NCBI GenBank assembly: GCA_010909165.1
Contig: MU008163.1
Location: forward strand, 310,001-374,000
DNA from: Anthoceros angustus
Taxonomy: Eukaryota > Plantae > Anthocerotophyta
Reading direction: 5' to 3'
Length of the DNA: 64,000 nucleotides
Shown: one piece after another, positions 22,133 to 34,300 of the stretch
Layout of the letters: each line of letters opens with the position of its first letter
Numbering within the stretch: position 1 is the stretch's first letter
Translations under genes and position numbers: made by a program
Notes under the pieces: generated by a model
The model's database searches: none
The model's input: the letters and a program-made list of their open reading frames with translations, nothing else
What the model was told of the DNA's origin: nothing

Positions 22133-22905
22133 ATGCCTGAATCCAAAGGCGAGACCGTAAGGTACGTTGATGGGTTGGCGGATTTCAGTGTTGGCGCTTT
22201 GGCTGAAGTGTTCCATGTTCCAGCATGCTGATCTTTTGTGAAAGCCGCACCTTCTCTGGTGGTTTGTGGATTCAATTTCATGATGTTGTCGTTGTTGCTG
22301 TGGCTCCAAAGATGATGGTTAAGCTAGCTAGATTCCTGCCCACTGATGGTTGTGGATTCTCTTTCTGTGTGTCCTCCTTGCAGGTTGTATGTCCGAGGAA
22401 TAATCCTAGGCTACAAGAGGTATGCTCCCCAACGTTGCGTCTCCACTCTCTCTTGCGGGGATGGTGCCCTCTGGTCCCCTCCCTGGCTAACTGCGCATGA
22501 CAATGTATCCGGCTCCTCACAGGTCAAAGTCTAATCAGTACCCTAGCACCTCTCTCCTTCAAATCGAGGGAGTGAACACGAAGGAGGAGGTGAACTGGTA
22601 TCTCGGGAAGAAGCTAGCCTACATCTACAAGGGCAAGAGCAAGAAGAATGGCACATTGTTCCGTTGCATCTGGGGGAAGGTCGTCCGGCCACACGGTAAC
22701 AGCGGTGTAGTCCGAGCCAAGTTCAGGAAGAACCTGCCGCCTGCATCTCTGGTACAAGTCGTCTTCTATTCCGTGTCCTGTGGTTTCCTTTGCATATCAC
22801 CTTTGCTGCAACTCAAATCAGTCTCAACACCCTCCTCACTCAACCAGTGCAACCCCTGTGCAGGGTGGCCGAGTCAGGGTTTTCTTGTACCCCAGCCGGA
22901 TCTAG
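22133..22905 (+). CDS. RPL35A: 60S ribosomal protein L35a (eL33), 4 exons, 111 aa
   Basis: Exons 22133-22161, 22384-22419, 22523-22751 and 22864-22905 give [39 protein letters not shown]...[18 protein letters not shown]...[13 protein letters not shown]. Confidence 0.95.
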
Positions 22906-23457
22906 CTCACTCTCCTGTGCTCCAAGCGGGATGATTCAATTTTGGTTCCACAATGAAGAAATGAGTAGCGGCAGCAGTGTCTTCTCCAAACAATTCTTGT
23001 AGCGCACAACAGTGCATCCTTTCCTGGCCATGCTGTGCACCTACCTGTACTGAAACACCAGGCCTCTTACTTGGGTTGCCTGAACTTACGCAGACAAAGA
23101 AGTAAACATCATTTGAGCTACATGCTATGCTGTCAGTCGTTGTTGCAAGCGTGAAGCCTGCGTGCATGTGTTTCAGCGATGGTACAGAAGCGTCTTGCAC
23201 GCGGAGCTTCACTGCCATCTCCATCGCCCATGAATTGGCGTCCTTTGCCTCGCCGCCATGGCGCCCACCTCCCGCAATCACAGGTTTCTTCCGCACACTT
23301 TGAGGCGCTGGGTTCTGGAAGATTCCGTAGGGCTTTCCTCCAGTCCAGGCCAGCATGTGCGGAGTCCCGAAATTGCAGCAGCTGATCGAGGCAGGTGGCG
23401 CTCTCGCCTTGCGAGGCTACATAACGCAGTAAGTGCGTGTGCTTGCTTGACTCCAGG

Positions 23458-23766
23458 NNNNNNNNNNNNNNNNNNNNNNNNNNNNNNNNNNNNNNNNNNN
23501 NNNNNNNNNNNNNNNNNNNNNNNNNNNNNNNNNNNNNNNNNNNNNNNNNNNNNNNNNNNNNNNNNNNNNNNNNNNNNNNNNNNNNNNNNNNNNNNNNNNN
23601 NNNNNNNNNNNNNNNNNNNNNNNNNNNNNNNNNNNNNNNNNNNNNNNNNNNNNNNNNNNNNNNNNNNNNNNNNNNNNNNNNNNNNNNNNNNNNNNNNNNN
23701 NNNNNNNNNNNNNNNNNNNNNNNNNNNNNNNNNNNNNNNNNNNNNNNNNNNNNNNNNNNNNNNNNN
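23458..23766. other. Assembly gap (309 N)
   Basis: Run of n characters. Confidence 1.
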
Positions 23767-24449
23767 ACACCCTCGTCAAGAAAGCAGTTTACTGTCTCAT
23801 GACAAGTTGGTAGTGTGTGCGAGAGACCATTGGGTCTTATGATGAAACTCGTGAGGACATTCTCCAAGGAGGGAGGGGTTATTGATGCATGCTCGAGCGG
23901 TGGGACTACGACACTACTGCGTTCGTGTGGCCGAACGTATTGCAATAGAGGCGGACTTGAGATGCGCAGTTACATTGCCCCGCTGCAGCGTTGATGTCTT
24001 GCCCGTCTGAGACGAGGAGCTGACTTTTGAGCCGCATCAAGGGGACCATCTCGATTGGGCAAAGAGGTATGTATTAGCGAGAAGAGCTGAAAGCCCAAGT
24101 CGTCATTGAGTGCGAAGAGGTTGAAGACGACAACCGTGAACTTATGGAGGATGGACGGAGACTTTGGATCTTTGTATGGCGGCGACCCGAAAGCGACACC
24201 AAAATGACATCAATGAAGACCGAGGCTTTGGGTGCGAATGATAGCTTTGACGCATGAGATGGAGCGATGAATTTGGCACTGTAGAAGATTCGATTCGGTG
24301 GATGCAATGGTGGACTCTCAAACAATCCTCGCGATAGAACACATGAGGCGATTAGCAAAATCGCCTATGCGGTTAGCGGGTGTTGGTGTTTAGTTTTGCC
24401 AGTTTGAGAAAACGCATGTTCGGATGTTTTCGACCCTCTTAAAATTAAC

Positions 24450-26081
24450 AATGGGTCTTTTCTCAAATTTTGTTGTTACTGTTTTCTTTGGCAGTAGCGG
24501 TGGCGGCGCCGGCCATGTATGGTCGTCTTGAGGGGATGTCCATTTCGGTTTGGTTTTCCGCTAGGATATGCATACACGCGGTGTATACGTACGAAACCAG
24601 CCGTTTTCCATAATTTGTGGATGGTGTCTTTTCCGTCAAAGGGGTTATTTTTTCCTTGAAGGGGGTTTGTATATTCCCCCCCTTCATAATTTATGGTGTT
24701 AATCATGTTTCTATCCAGGGTAGAAATAAGAATAGACCTAGTACGTCTATCTTTACGTTCCCACTCAACCTGCTCATCAGCAGTTCTAGCGGGAGCTTTC
24801 ATTTTTGTGTCCGACCCATCTGCTATCTGCATAAGCTCATTCTCTTCTAGGATCTGGGTCAGTCTTAATGCCCAGATATTATAATCAACACCATTAAACC
24901 TGTCTTTATCTCTAAATTCTATCTTGAGAGGAGGTAAGGGTGTTGGATTTGACATGGTTGCAGGAATTACAGGGTTGATGACCAACTGGCTAGCTCTATA
25001 CAAGAGGGCTGCAGGAGAAAAATCCCACACGGAATACTCTACAGGCTCAAACAGAAAAGAAAGGTCATACACTTCATCCTCTGAATCCGAGTCTGAGACA
25101 TCTTGCATAAGCTTGAGTAGTGTCTTCTCTTAATGAGAAGGGCTCCCACTGCTCGAAGCACCGTGGATTGAAGAGTCTTTCTCGATGAAGTTGTTGCAGA
25201 TGATGTCAAGAATCATCAGGCTTCCCGACAATTGCTTGATCAAATCAGCCTGAGCCTTCGCGCGTTGCTGGAGTGAAGCGAGCTGGAGACAAAGCTGGGC
25301 TGTCTCGTCTTCTTGGCGTTTGCTCGCGTCAGTGCTCGCAGCCTTGTGGGCCTTGAGAAATCTCTTTGCCGCTCCAACAATTACTCATGAGAGGTAGTTA
25401 TCGTTGAGCAAGGTGGTGACTTTCTCAAACTTGTGCGGCTGTAGTGTGGAGCGCTCCAATCGTGCCTCAGCTCGACAATCTGGGCACAAGAGAGGACCGT
25501 GAGGGATTGGCTTGGCGTTGGGTCTTGGGGCTGATGCTAGGCCTTTTCTCTTCGTCATTTTGCCTCAGATCCAGATGAGTGAATGATGTTGCTCATTTGT
25601 CCACAGCGCGTTCCTGCGATCAACATCCAAGAATCAAATCCGGGCTCTGATACCATAATACAATCGGGAATAGCTGCATTATGCTATGAATTGATCACAG
25701 GCGGTGGCACAAGAGCAAGGAATCCAGAGAAGAGATTTGTCATTGATTGTCAAGTAAGGTAACAAAAGGTTCTTAAATAGCCTAGTAATGGTAACCGCTC
25801 TAACCGCAAATGCGAACTACCATAACTGTGATCGTAATATGCAATAAAATATGATTACTACATATGTAAATCCCAATAGTCTCTGCGCGAGATTACCCCG
25901 ATTACCCCTACAGTATCTGTATGTGTGTCTATGTGTGGTCTTTGCGCGAGATTACCCCTATTGTATCTGTATCTGTATGTATCTGTATGTGTGGGACAAC
26001 CTGAAATAATTCTTAACTCGTTGGATCCGCTTCCCCTTGTTCTTGTCAAAGACAACCCTCCTTTTCTGAAAAAACTTAACA
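24450..26081 (-). mobile_element. Truncated Copia-type LTR retrotransposon (5' LTR, PBS, leader ORF, gag start)
   Basis: The tRNA-iMet PBS (tggtatcagagc on the minus strand) is at 25644-25655. The putative LTR spans 25656-26081 and starts TGTTAA on the minus strand. The gag N-terminus reads DKDRFNGVDYNIWALRLTQILEENELMQIADG...EWERKDRRTRSILISTLD. No matching 3' LTR was found. Confidence 0.7.
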
Positions 26082-26099
26082 TGGCTGATCTGGCGGGCC

Positions 26100-26218
26100 G
26101 ACTATAGCATCCATGTGTGTGACCTGTCAGCTCCGGCCGATGCCGGTGGGGCCATTTTCACAAGCTTCCTTCCGCGCTCGGGCTGTCTTGTGCACACGCA
26201 CGGCCAAAACAAATTATC
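26100..26218 (-). pseudogene. Diverged ADC 5' remnant (leader + first codons), continued at 29971-30015 across the Copia insertion
   Basis: Removing the Copia joins tgcacacgcacggccaaaacaaattatc to cactagaacatttcttttcgctaacagattgggagcaccatcacc. This aligns with the ADC leader at ~47125-47195 (tgcacacgcacgtgaaaccaaatgtatccaccgacacagttcttttagctaacagaagggagcaccatcacc). Confidence 0.6.
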
Positions 26219-26412
26219 TGTTAGAAATCTATAGGATTGGTGCAACACATTACATATTAGAGTTATGAATATAAGTCCTACAAGTATATAGCACTATCCC
26301 AGGAGCGAGATAGGGTTTCATACTATCGAGAGTATGACAAAGCCAAAGGCTATATATGTATGCATAGCACACCATTTCTAATGTAATTGAACACAGGAAT
26401 TTGTTTCTAACA
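26219..26412 (+). repeat. 5' LTR of Copia element
   Basis: tgttagaaatc...tttctaaca. About 7 substitutions over the first ~160 bp relative to the 3' LTR, plus tail indels. Confidence 0.9.
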
Positions 26413-29400
26413 TGGTATCGAGCATGGTTCGAGATCGTAAAACTACTGCACCACACGGACTCTTGCCACTTGTCTTCTATTGCATTGTTTGTAGTTATGC
26501 GGACTAAGTGTAAAAGCTTGCAATTTGTGAAGCTTGGTAGTAGTTTTGGTGCGAGGAACTTTTGTCTTGTCTTTGCATAGCTTTCAGGTGTGCATATGGA
26601 GACTGCGTCAAGTGGAGAAGTTTGATGGCGGAACTTCACATTATGGAAGTTGAAGCTAAAATCTCTTCTCATTGACAAGGATTGTGGAAGTTTGTGGAAA
26701 ATGGACTTCCGGATGGCGCTTGAAAGGATATAGACAAGGATGCGAAAGCCTTGGCTAATATTATCCTGAATGTGTCAGATGACGTTCTCTCACAATTGAG
26801 CGAATGTGTCTCTTCGCAGGATGCATGGAAAATTCTTTGTGCAACATACAAGAAGAGGAGCATTATGAGCGAAATGCTGCTGAAAAGTCAATTCTCCAAC
26901 TTCAAGATGGCTGAGGGCGACACCATTCAACAACATGTCAACAAGTTGAAAAGCTTGGTTGATCAAATGAGGGAGGCAGAGATCAAACCTTCAGAGGGTA
27001 AGGTGATCACCTCTTCTTTAGTTTGCCACCATCATGTAGGCAATTTTTTGTCTTATAGGGCATCCGTAGCGATGCGTCCAAGTGACAATCAACCAACCTT
27101 TGATGAGGTGGTTAGATTACTCCTACAAGAGGAGCTTGATGGTTCTTTCCGGACACAAGGCAACGAAGGCTTGGCACTCTTCTCCAAGAAGGCACATCAC
27201 GGTGGAAGACCTCAAGCCAAGTCTCTAGAAGGGACAAGGATACAGATGCAAGAGAAAGGTGAAAGGCTTTTGTTCTTGCGGAAGCCCAATCACCACGCAA
27301 AGGATCAGAAATAAGATTGGCGGACTTGAAGAAGGAAATCATCCCAAGCTAATCAAGTCGTGAAGGACCAAGAACACATCTTCGTGCTTCACCGAAAGAG
27401 ATCAAGCGACTTCATCAAAGAAGGATGAGAGTTTGTACCTTGACTACGGTGCATCCCGACTTGATTATAACCTTCCTTGGTTCTCAAGCTACGAGGTATT
27501 GCGGAGGGGCATACGGTGGCGCTTGGTGACAATAGGTCACATGACATCAAGGAAGAGGAGTGTTACGAGTCCATCTTCCGGAGGACGGTCACAGTGTAAG
27601 GCGTGCATCATGTGCCTCATCTTGAGGAATCTTCTTTCGCAAAATTGCCGATGAGTCATGAGGTTGTGTTCAATTCAAAGGATTGGATCCAATCCGAAAA
27701 CTGAGTTATCGAATGCTAAAGTGATTGCTAGGCGTCCGATAGGAAATTGTACAAGTTGTGTGCTTCGTGGAAGGCAAGCTTGCACCTTTATGGACGATTC
27801 AAAATAGCATTGGATCTATTGATTTATGGCATCAACGTCTAGGGCACATTGGTGTGGACAATATCAGTTGATGAAGAACCAACATATGGTTCTGAGGCTT
27901 GGATTTGAAGAAGTGGGTGAGCTGAATTATGCCAAGGGTGCATAATGGGAAAGCTACACCGAACTAAGTTCCCAAGATTGCTGACGAGCAAAGATGGCGC
28001 TAGAGTTGGTACACACGGATGTGTGTGGTCCAATGAAAATCCACTCATGGCGGAGCCCGCTACATTCGGTGTTTGTGGATGATTTCACTAGGAAGACTGG
28101 ACATATCTTATGAAGGAGAAATCCCGTATTTACACTCTTCAAGGAATGGAAAGCCATGGTGGAGAACGCAAGTGGACAACGTCAAGACTTTGCGTGTGAC
28201 AGCGGAGGTGAATACATCTCCACTAACTTCCAACGCTTTTGCAAGGAGCATGGAATTGGAAGGCAACTAACCATCCCTCACGAGCAAAATGGAGTGGCGG
28301 AGCGCAAACTTAGGAGTCGGTGGAGGCAGCTAAATGCATGTTACATCATAGTGGCTTGGAAGTACGTTTTGGGGTGAGGTCATTTGTTCACAACCTATGT
28401 TTTGAATCGAGTTCCAACCAAAGCTATTGTTGGAATGACCCCGGAGGAAGCGTGATCTAGCGTCAAGCTCGACATAAGCCATTTGAGGATCTTTGGTTTA
28501 GTGGTCTATGCTCACGTTCCGAAGCAAACACAAACAAAATGGGATCCAAAAGGCGTGAAGTGCCTTATGCTTGGATACTCTACTGAGATTAAGGGCTATT
28601 AGTTGTATGATCTTTCAAGGAAGAAGATCATTTTTAGCAGGGACATTGTATTTAATGAGGTTGTGGAACCCAGCAAAGGAGTGGGAGCTCCAACCCCAGT
28701 GTTATCATGAAGGATCCGGTGTATGTTGACACGATGAGGATTAATGATGACACTCTTGAGCAACTGCTCCGAGCCCGAACCTTCTCAACAATGCGACATA
28801 GAGGGGAGAAAGGGAAATTCAATGTCGCGATTGGAGAAGTAGATGAAGATCAAAGCATTATCGTAATTGACGAAGAAGAGGAAGCTCAAGTATTCGAGAG
28901 AGACAACCAATCTTGAGAAGATCAACGAGACAATGGAAACCTTCATGAAGATCTTGGAATCCATGAATGCATGTGTGTATGAGGAGGCATGGTTGGCGGA
29001 TGCGGAACCACAAAGCCTAAGGAAGCATTGGAAGGACCAAAGGCAAAGGAGTGGAAAGAAGCCGTGGGATGAGTATAACTCTTCTCAAGAACAAAACTTG
29101 GGCAATCACTCCTCTACCTCACGGAAGGAAAAGCATTAGAGGCCTGAGGGACAAGGCCCGACATTGCAGGCGGTGGGAGTTGTGAGTCGATTCTTGGCCA
29201 ACCACGGACAACGATTATCAAGCGATCAAGAGGATATTCGAGATACGGCACAAAACATTGGAAGTTGAAATACCAAAAAGATCGACATGAAGAAGCCCAG
29301 GTGGTTGGATTTTGTGATTCAGATTGGGCTAGAGATGTCGATGGCATAAGTCTACCAGGATATGTATTTATGCTATTTGGGGAGCCATTTCATGGAGTAG

Positions 29401-29769
29401 TAGGCGTCGACCCTCGTGGCTTTGTCCTCTGAGCGGAGTACATGGCAATATCTGCGCAACAATGGAAGCAATATGGCTCGACGATTGCTCGAAGAAATGG
29501 GATTTAAGCGGAAGGTGCAACAACCATCTTCAACGACAATCAAGGTTGCATTTACTTAGCGAAGAATGCTACTTTTCACGCGAGGACGAAACACATTGAA
29601 GTAAAGCATCACTTCATTAGAGAAAGTTCAATCCAAGGAGATAGAGCTAGCGTATTGTCCCTGCGGACATGCTGCAGATGTTATGACCAAAGAGTTGACT
29701 TTAGAGAAACACGTTAAGTTTAGCAAGATGTTAGGCTTAAAAGAGTAGCACTGATGTGTTGAGTGGGAG

Positions 29770-29965
29770 TGTTAGAAATCTATAGGATTGGTGCAACACA
29801 TCACATATTAGAGTTATGAGTATAAGTCTTACAAGTATATAGGACTATCCCAGGAGCGAGATAGGGTTTCATACTACCGAGAGTATGACAAGGCCAAAGG
29901 CTATATATGTATGCATAGCACACCATTTTTAATGTACTGAACTTGGGAATTACTGTTTTCTAACA
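29770..29965 (+). repeat. 3' LTR of Copia element
   Basis: tgttagaaatc...ttttctaaca followed by the TSD ttatc. Confidence 0.9.
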
Positions 29966-30179
29966 TTATCCACTAGAACATTTCTTTTCGCTAACAGATT
30001 GGGAGCACCATCACCAGCTGGAGCACCAAAAGTGTGTGCAGCAAACACATTAAATGAGTGATGAAAACATGCAACGCACCAGGCGTGGTGCGTCGTCGGG
30101 CACGCACGGTCTCTTCATTGCTTGCTGCAATTGAGGCACTCTGAGGGGGTAACAGGAGCCGTGGCGGACCTCGCCGAGT

Positions 30180-30600
30180 GGTGGGGGGTATGGCACGAAG
30201 CCCTCCGCCTCCTGCTTGTTGGACTCCAAGGAATAAATTGTTGGCAAACAACAAAGCCGCACGGTGCAGAACATTTGCACCAAATTTGCCAGCCCCCCAG
30301 GTGGATGTCTGGCTGGACACGGATCTTCCAGCACATCCAACTGGAGCTTACCTGAAGATCCTGACCCTGGCAGGCCTGCAGGATGTGAAAGCGTGGTAAC
30401 GGCTAAAACTCGTGAGGTAGCCATGTTCCTGTGCAACCACGTCCTGCGGAGCTATGCTTCCTATGGCAGGTTGCAAGACGCCATGGATGTGTTTGAAATG
30501 GTTGCTTAGCCAGATGCAATTTTATGTGGTCTTCCATGATCATGTTAAAAACCGGGCAAGATGGACAGGCGACAGCAGACTATCATAGAATGGCCACAAG
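30180..30600 (+). pseudogene. PPR gene fragment (N-terminal motifs)
   Basis: FLCNHVLRSYASYGRLQDAMDVFEMVA*PDAILWSSMI resembles the first S/P motifs of the 185-3649 gene. It has stops and frameshifts. Confidence 0.6.
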
Positions 30601-30730
30601 GCGTGCGTTTGTGCCTCTTTTCATCAGAACCACATGTTTCGACCTGAGGTATGATACTGACCTAGTGGGTTTTTGTGGACAAAATCATTCGTATCAAATT
30701 GCTACCGTGGATTAAATCGGCATTTGCCGA

Positions 30731-30812
30731 GTCTGGACCCAGGATCGAACCGGGGGCTGCGAGTGTGTGAGTCTAGCGTGATGACCATGATGACCATGAG
30801 CACCATCCAGAC
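30731..30812 (-). pseudogene. tRNA-Val(CAC) pseudogene
   Basis: The minus strand reads GTCTGGA TGGTG...ACG CTAGA CTCACAC ACTCG...CCCGG TTCGATC CTGGG TCCAGAC. The acceptor stem pairs perfectly, and the T-loop and CAC anticodon are intact. There is a 9-bp duplication (atggtcatc) in the D arm and a mismatched anticodon stem. Confidence 0.75.
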
Positions 30813-30989
30813 AGACAAAAATTGGAGGCAAAGCTGAGTAATATGACTAACGACGACAAAAGCCCACTGGTATTGCCACTGAGTATGAATTTGCAAGGTT
30901 TAGGGATTAATGGCATTGGTTGGTTGCTCGAGTTATTGCGAAGAAGAGGGGTTTTGCTCCCCGGTGGAATGTTGTTCCTCACATGCCAA

Positions 30990-31310
30990 GTTTGGATTCA
31001 GCCCAGCTGAAAGTCCTGACGAACCGCATCCTGATCCGATCGTGCCATGTGAATCCCAGTACCACTACCGGAACCAAGCTGGAATTGATTCCAACTGGTC
31101 ACTGCCAGACCCATGGTTGCATGAAACACGGCATGCCTTACGGGGAGGCAAAACAGGGGTGTCGAGATCGATATCACTGCAGGCAATACCTCCGAGCAAC
31201 GGGAACCTGGCTCGTTTCCTAATTTCTGCATGACGCTGCTTGCCCTTCTCCAAAGCTTGGCTGCCCACACTTGCAGATACCTGCAGGAGGCACAGAAATG
31301 TAACGGAATT
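30990..31310 (-). pseudogene. PPR gene fragment
   Basis: The L motif VTFLCLLQVSASVGSQALEKGKQRHAEIRKR is followed by a frameshifted S/P-like segment (AVFHATMGLAVTSWN). Confidence 0.55.
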
Positions 31311-31315
31311 GGATA

Positions 31316-31383
31316 CCGGTGTCGAAAAGGTGGGCACACTCGGCCCTCATCGTGTCAGCAGTCTTCAGAGTATTCGTAATGAG
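31316..31383 (-). pseudogene. ~70-bp internal ADC fragment
   Basis: ccggtgtcgaaaaggtgggcacactcggccc...gcagtcttcagag matches ADC at ~43288 and ~54161 with a few substitutions. Confidence 0.75.
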
Positions 31384-31385
31384 CT

Positions 31386-34300
31386 GCACTAGCAACCAAG
31401 CTGGAACAAAGAAGACAGTTCACTCGACATAAACTGGAGCCAAGCTTGAGACCAGGACCACTAGTACCTGTCTAAGACAGCGACATTTGGCTGCCTTGAT
31501 GGCCTCATTTCAACAAGGGGAGTTTGAGAGCCAAGCCTCGAGAAGCTTCAGACATGATCTGCAAGACTCATCCAGAAGAATGTCAAGGAAGTCCAGCAGG
31601 CAGAAAGAATACGCAGGGCAAAGCGGGAAATTGACAACTGGGAGAAAATAGACGTGGCCAGAAAGAGACTACTCAGTTGAAATCCAAGCTGATCTGACCC
31701 CGGAATCCACAGGTGTAGCAGCAAATACTGATACAGCCGTTCCCTTGGGAGCAGCACCACTACTCGGGCATGCCACTGTCTTAGCTCGGATTAGACTTGT
31801 GAAGGGATGGAACAGGTAACTTGTTGGTACCCAAAAGCCCCTGTCGTTGGCTTGTGCCACCGTCTGGTCTGTGCGAACAAATATTCCTACATCGATGAGC
31901 TTCGATCTCATTGTCTCAACAGTAGAATTTCTCACATCATGCCAGCCTTGTCCTGGGGGATCAGGTGCAGGTGAGAATTCATCCACTTCAGCCATTATCA
32001 CAGGGAGCACATAGTGATGTTCCAGCAGGACGTGCTTAGAAGCATCAACTCCGCTGAAGAGTCTGTAGAATTCTGGAAGTACTCTTCTTTGACAAAGATT
32101 TGCATTGTTTAATTTTTTCTAAAGGCATCATGATCACAATACAAACAAAAATTCGAGTTTACAAAGAATTGAATCACGTCCAGCAACGGAGCTTTCCCCA
32201 AAAGCAGGGAAGCCTTTCCAACACTGAAGAGACACTCCAAACAATTTTCTAAACTGCAAAAGAATTGAATCACGTCCAGCAAGGGAACTGGAACTTTCCC
32301 CAATATCAGGGAAGCCTTTCCAACACTCAACAGACTCTCCATAGCCTCCTTCCTCAAAGGATGTCAACACCCTGCTGATGTTAATTGTTGAAGGCCCGGC
32401 CCCCCTTGACCCTCTCCCCGCCCAGTCGCTGCTCACTTGTTACAGATTCAGGCGAGTGCTACTTCAGTAGATAGACAGCCATCAGATAGAATTCCAAGGG
32501 CCAAGTCGGTAGAACGCCAGAGGCGTAATAGGTAGGACCGCTGGTCACGCCTTGAGTATATAAGTGAGTTTCTGTAGTGCTCAACACACTCACGCAGGTT
32601 CATGCAGGTAGATAGATTTGCTCATTTCCCCAAGTTGAACATGGCCCTTGAGAGCTCCAACAGTCTTGGGTCTTCCTCAAACCCTCAAACCTGCATTTAA
32701 CACCACATTAATATGGTTTCAGTTCGTGACATTCTGTGCATTGCTTTGCACGTCATGGGCGAAGTACATGAAAACTCCTGAGATTTATGAATCAAGGGCA
32801 GGAACTCACCGGGAGAAGCAGCTGGACACGGAGGTTCTGGACGAGACCCCGGAGGCGCTGGGCCTGCTTAATCCCGCGTCCATCTCGGAGTGAGATTTGG
32901 ACTCGGACTCATCCGCGCGCGCTTCCTCCTGGCCCGTGCAAACAGGCATTCCCTGAGGTCGGGTCTCATGTTCCACCTTCCGCGCCACATCGGGAGCATT
33001 CCGGCGACCTCTCCGTATCCTTGCTTGGGATCAGCCATACTCACAGGCACGTAGGCTCTTCTTGTGCTCTTCGCCAATCTGCCCATAAACTGGGTCTGGA
33101 AGGCGAAGGTTGCCCAGTCCACCTGCAGACGCCTGTGGGAGGCGATGGCGCCTATTGCAAAAGCAACGCTAGCTTGACTCCAGTTCGCGTTTTGATAGGG
33201 ATACACCTTGTTCCTTAAGTCTCTGAGAAATTGGCGCTCTATTGTGCGCGCCTTTCGGAGGTTGACGAGACCCTTGCCGGTCCAACCGAACTCGTCCACC
33301 ACGTCCTGGCGAGTCACAATTCCGTCCCAGGCATGGGACTTCCTTGGATCAAGGCCTGTGTCACTCAGGCCCATGCTACAGAAGTAGGCCCTATCCAACA
33401 CGGGCCCCTCCTGTTGCCGTCACCTCCAGCCATCGCTCCTGCTGCGCTTGCTGCTGTCCAGGTCGCGCCATATCGATCCCCGCTTTGGTCAGGTCTTCCA
33501 ACCCCAGCCGCCTGCTTTCTGCTTTCTGGTGGCACCAGCAGAGAACGGAAGCCGCAGGACACAATCCCGCCGAACCCTGAATTAACGGGCTTGCCGATGT
33601 ACGGAAACCCTAGTATCTCGCACTTTTGAACTCGCACAATGGAGTCCGGCTCACTCGGAAAACTGAGTCCTCCCATTATATACTTACTTACACCAGTCTA
33701 TTGCGAGGTTACGACCCGCTTCAGCCGCCACTTTCCTTACAATGTTGTACATCGATATTTTTCCTTCTACGGGTTTGGATGTCTAGTGATGGCCAGGTAG
33801 TACAGACTTTGCTCAGATTGTCATGGCAGAAGCCAATGTTGACGAGATAGATACACTGACCAGATGACATGACTGCATTGTTGACCAGGTGCCAAGCCAA
33901 TTTCGGTACTGTTTCCAGGCCTGACAATCGTCCATGCATGCATGTTTTGCCTCCTCCCTCCAATATTTGTGGGCTCTACAAGAGTGCTTTTGCGCCTCCG
34001 CTTCCTGCCGAGCACTTTAGGCTAGCAGCATTGATGGGCATTACTTGGAGCAGCATGGTGATAGCCTAGCAACATGGTCTTTTCAATATTTCAGGTACGC
34101 CTGCAGCCACACCGGCGTAATGTACATATCTCGCACGTATTGTCGTCTAATACAAAATTAATTGCGGCAGCACTGTAACATTGTGGACCACCCACTCAGT
34201 CTGATGGAGGTCCATTGCACTCGATATCTTCCTTGGCACTCGAACTCATCATGTGAAAACAAGGAAGGAAACCACGTGGTGGCTCCAATTCCTCCTCTGA

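Larger units (their letters stand above)
26219..29965 (+). mobile_element. Full-boundary but internally deleted Ty1/Copia retrotransposon
   Basis: LTRs at 26219-26412 and 29770-29965 (TG...CA) are flanked by a 5-bp TSD, TTATC, on both sides. The PBS tggtatcgagc is at 26413 and the PPT tgagtgggag precedes 29770. Degenerate gag (26751-27314), protease (YLDYGAS), LWHQRLGH, integrase ([22 protein letters not shown]) and RNase H (GFCDSDWA, DNQG, RTKHIEVKHHFIRE) are present. RT is essentially missing. Confidence 0.92.

Noticed and set aside
23133-23945. ORFs spanning the N gap
   Set aside because: They stay open only because N codons are not stops. The flanking peptides could not be assigned to any family.
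24380-24450. TGTTAA at ~24448 (minus strand) as the 3' LTR partner of 25656-26081
   Set aside because: Similarity ends after six bases, and there is no clear PPT or TSD.
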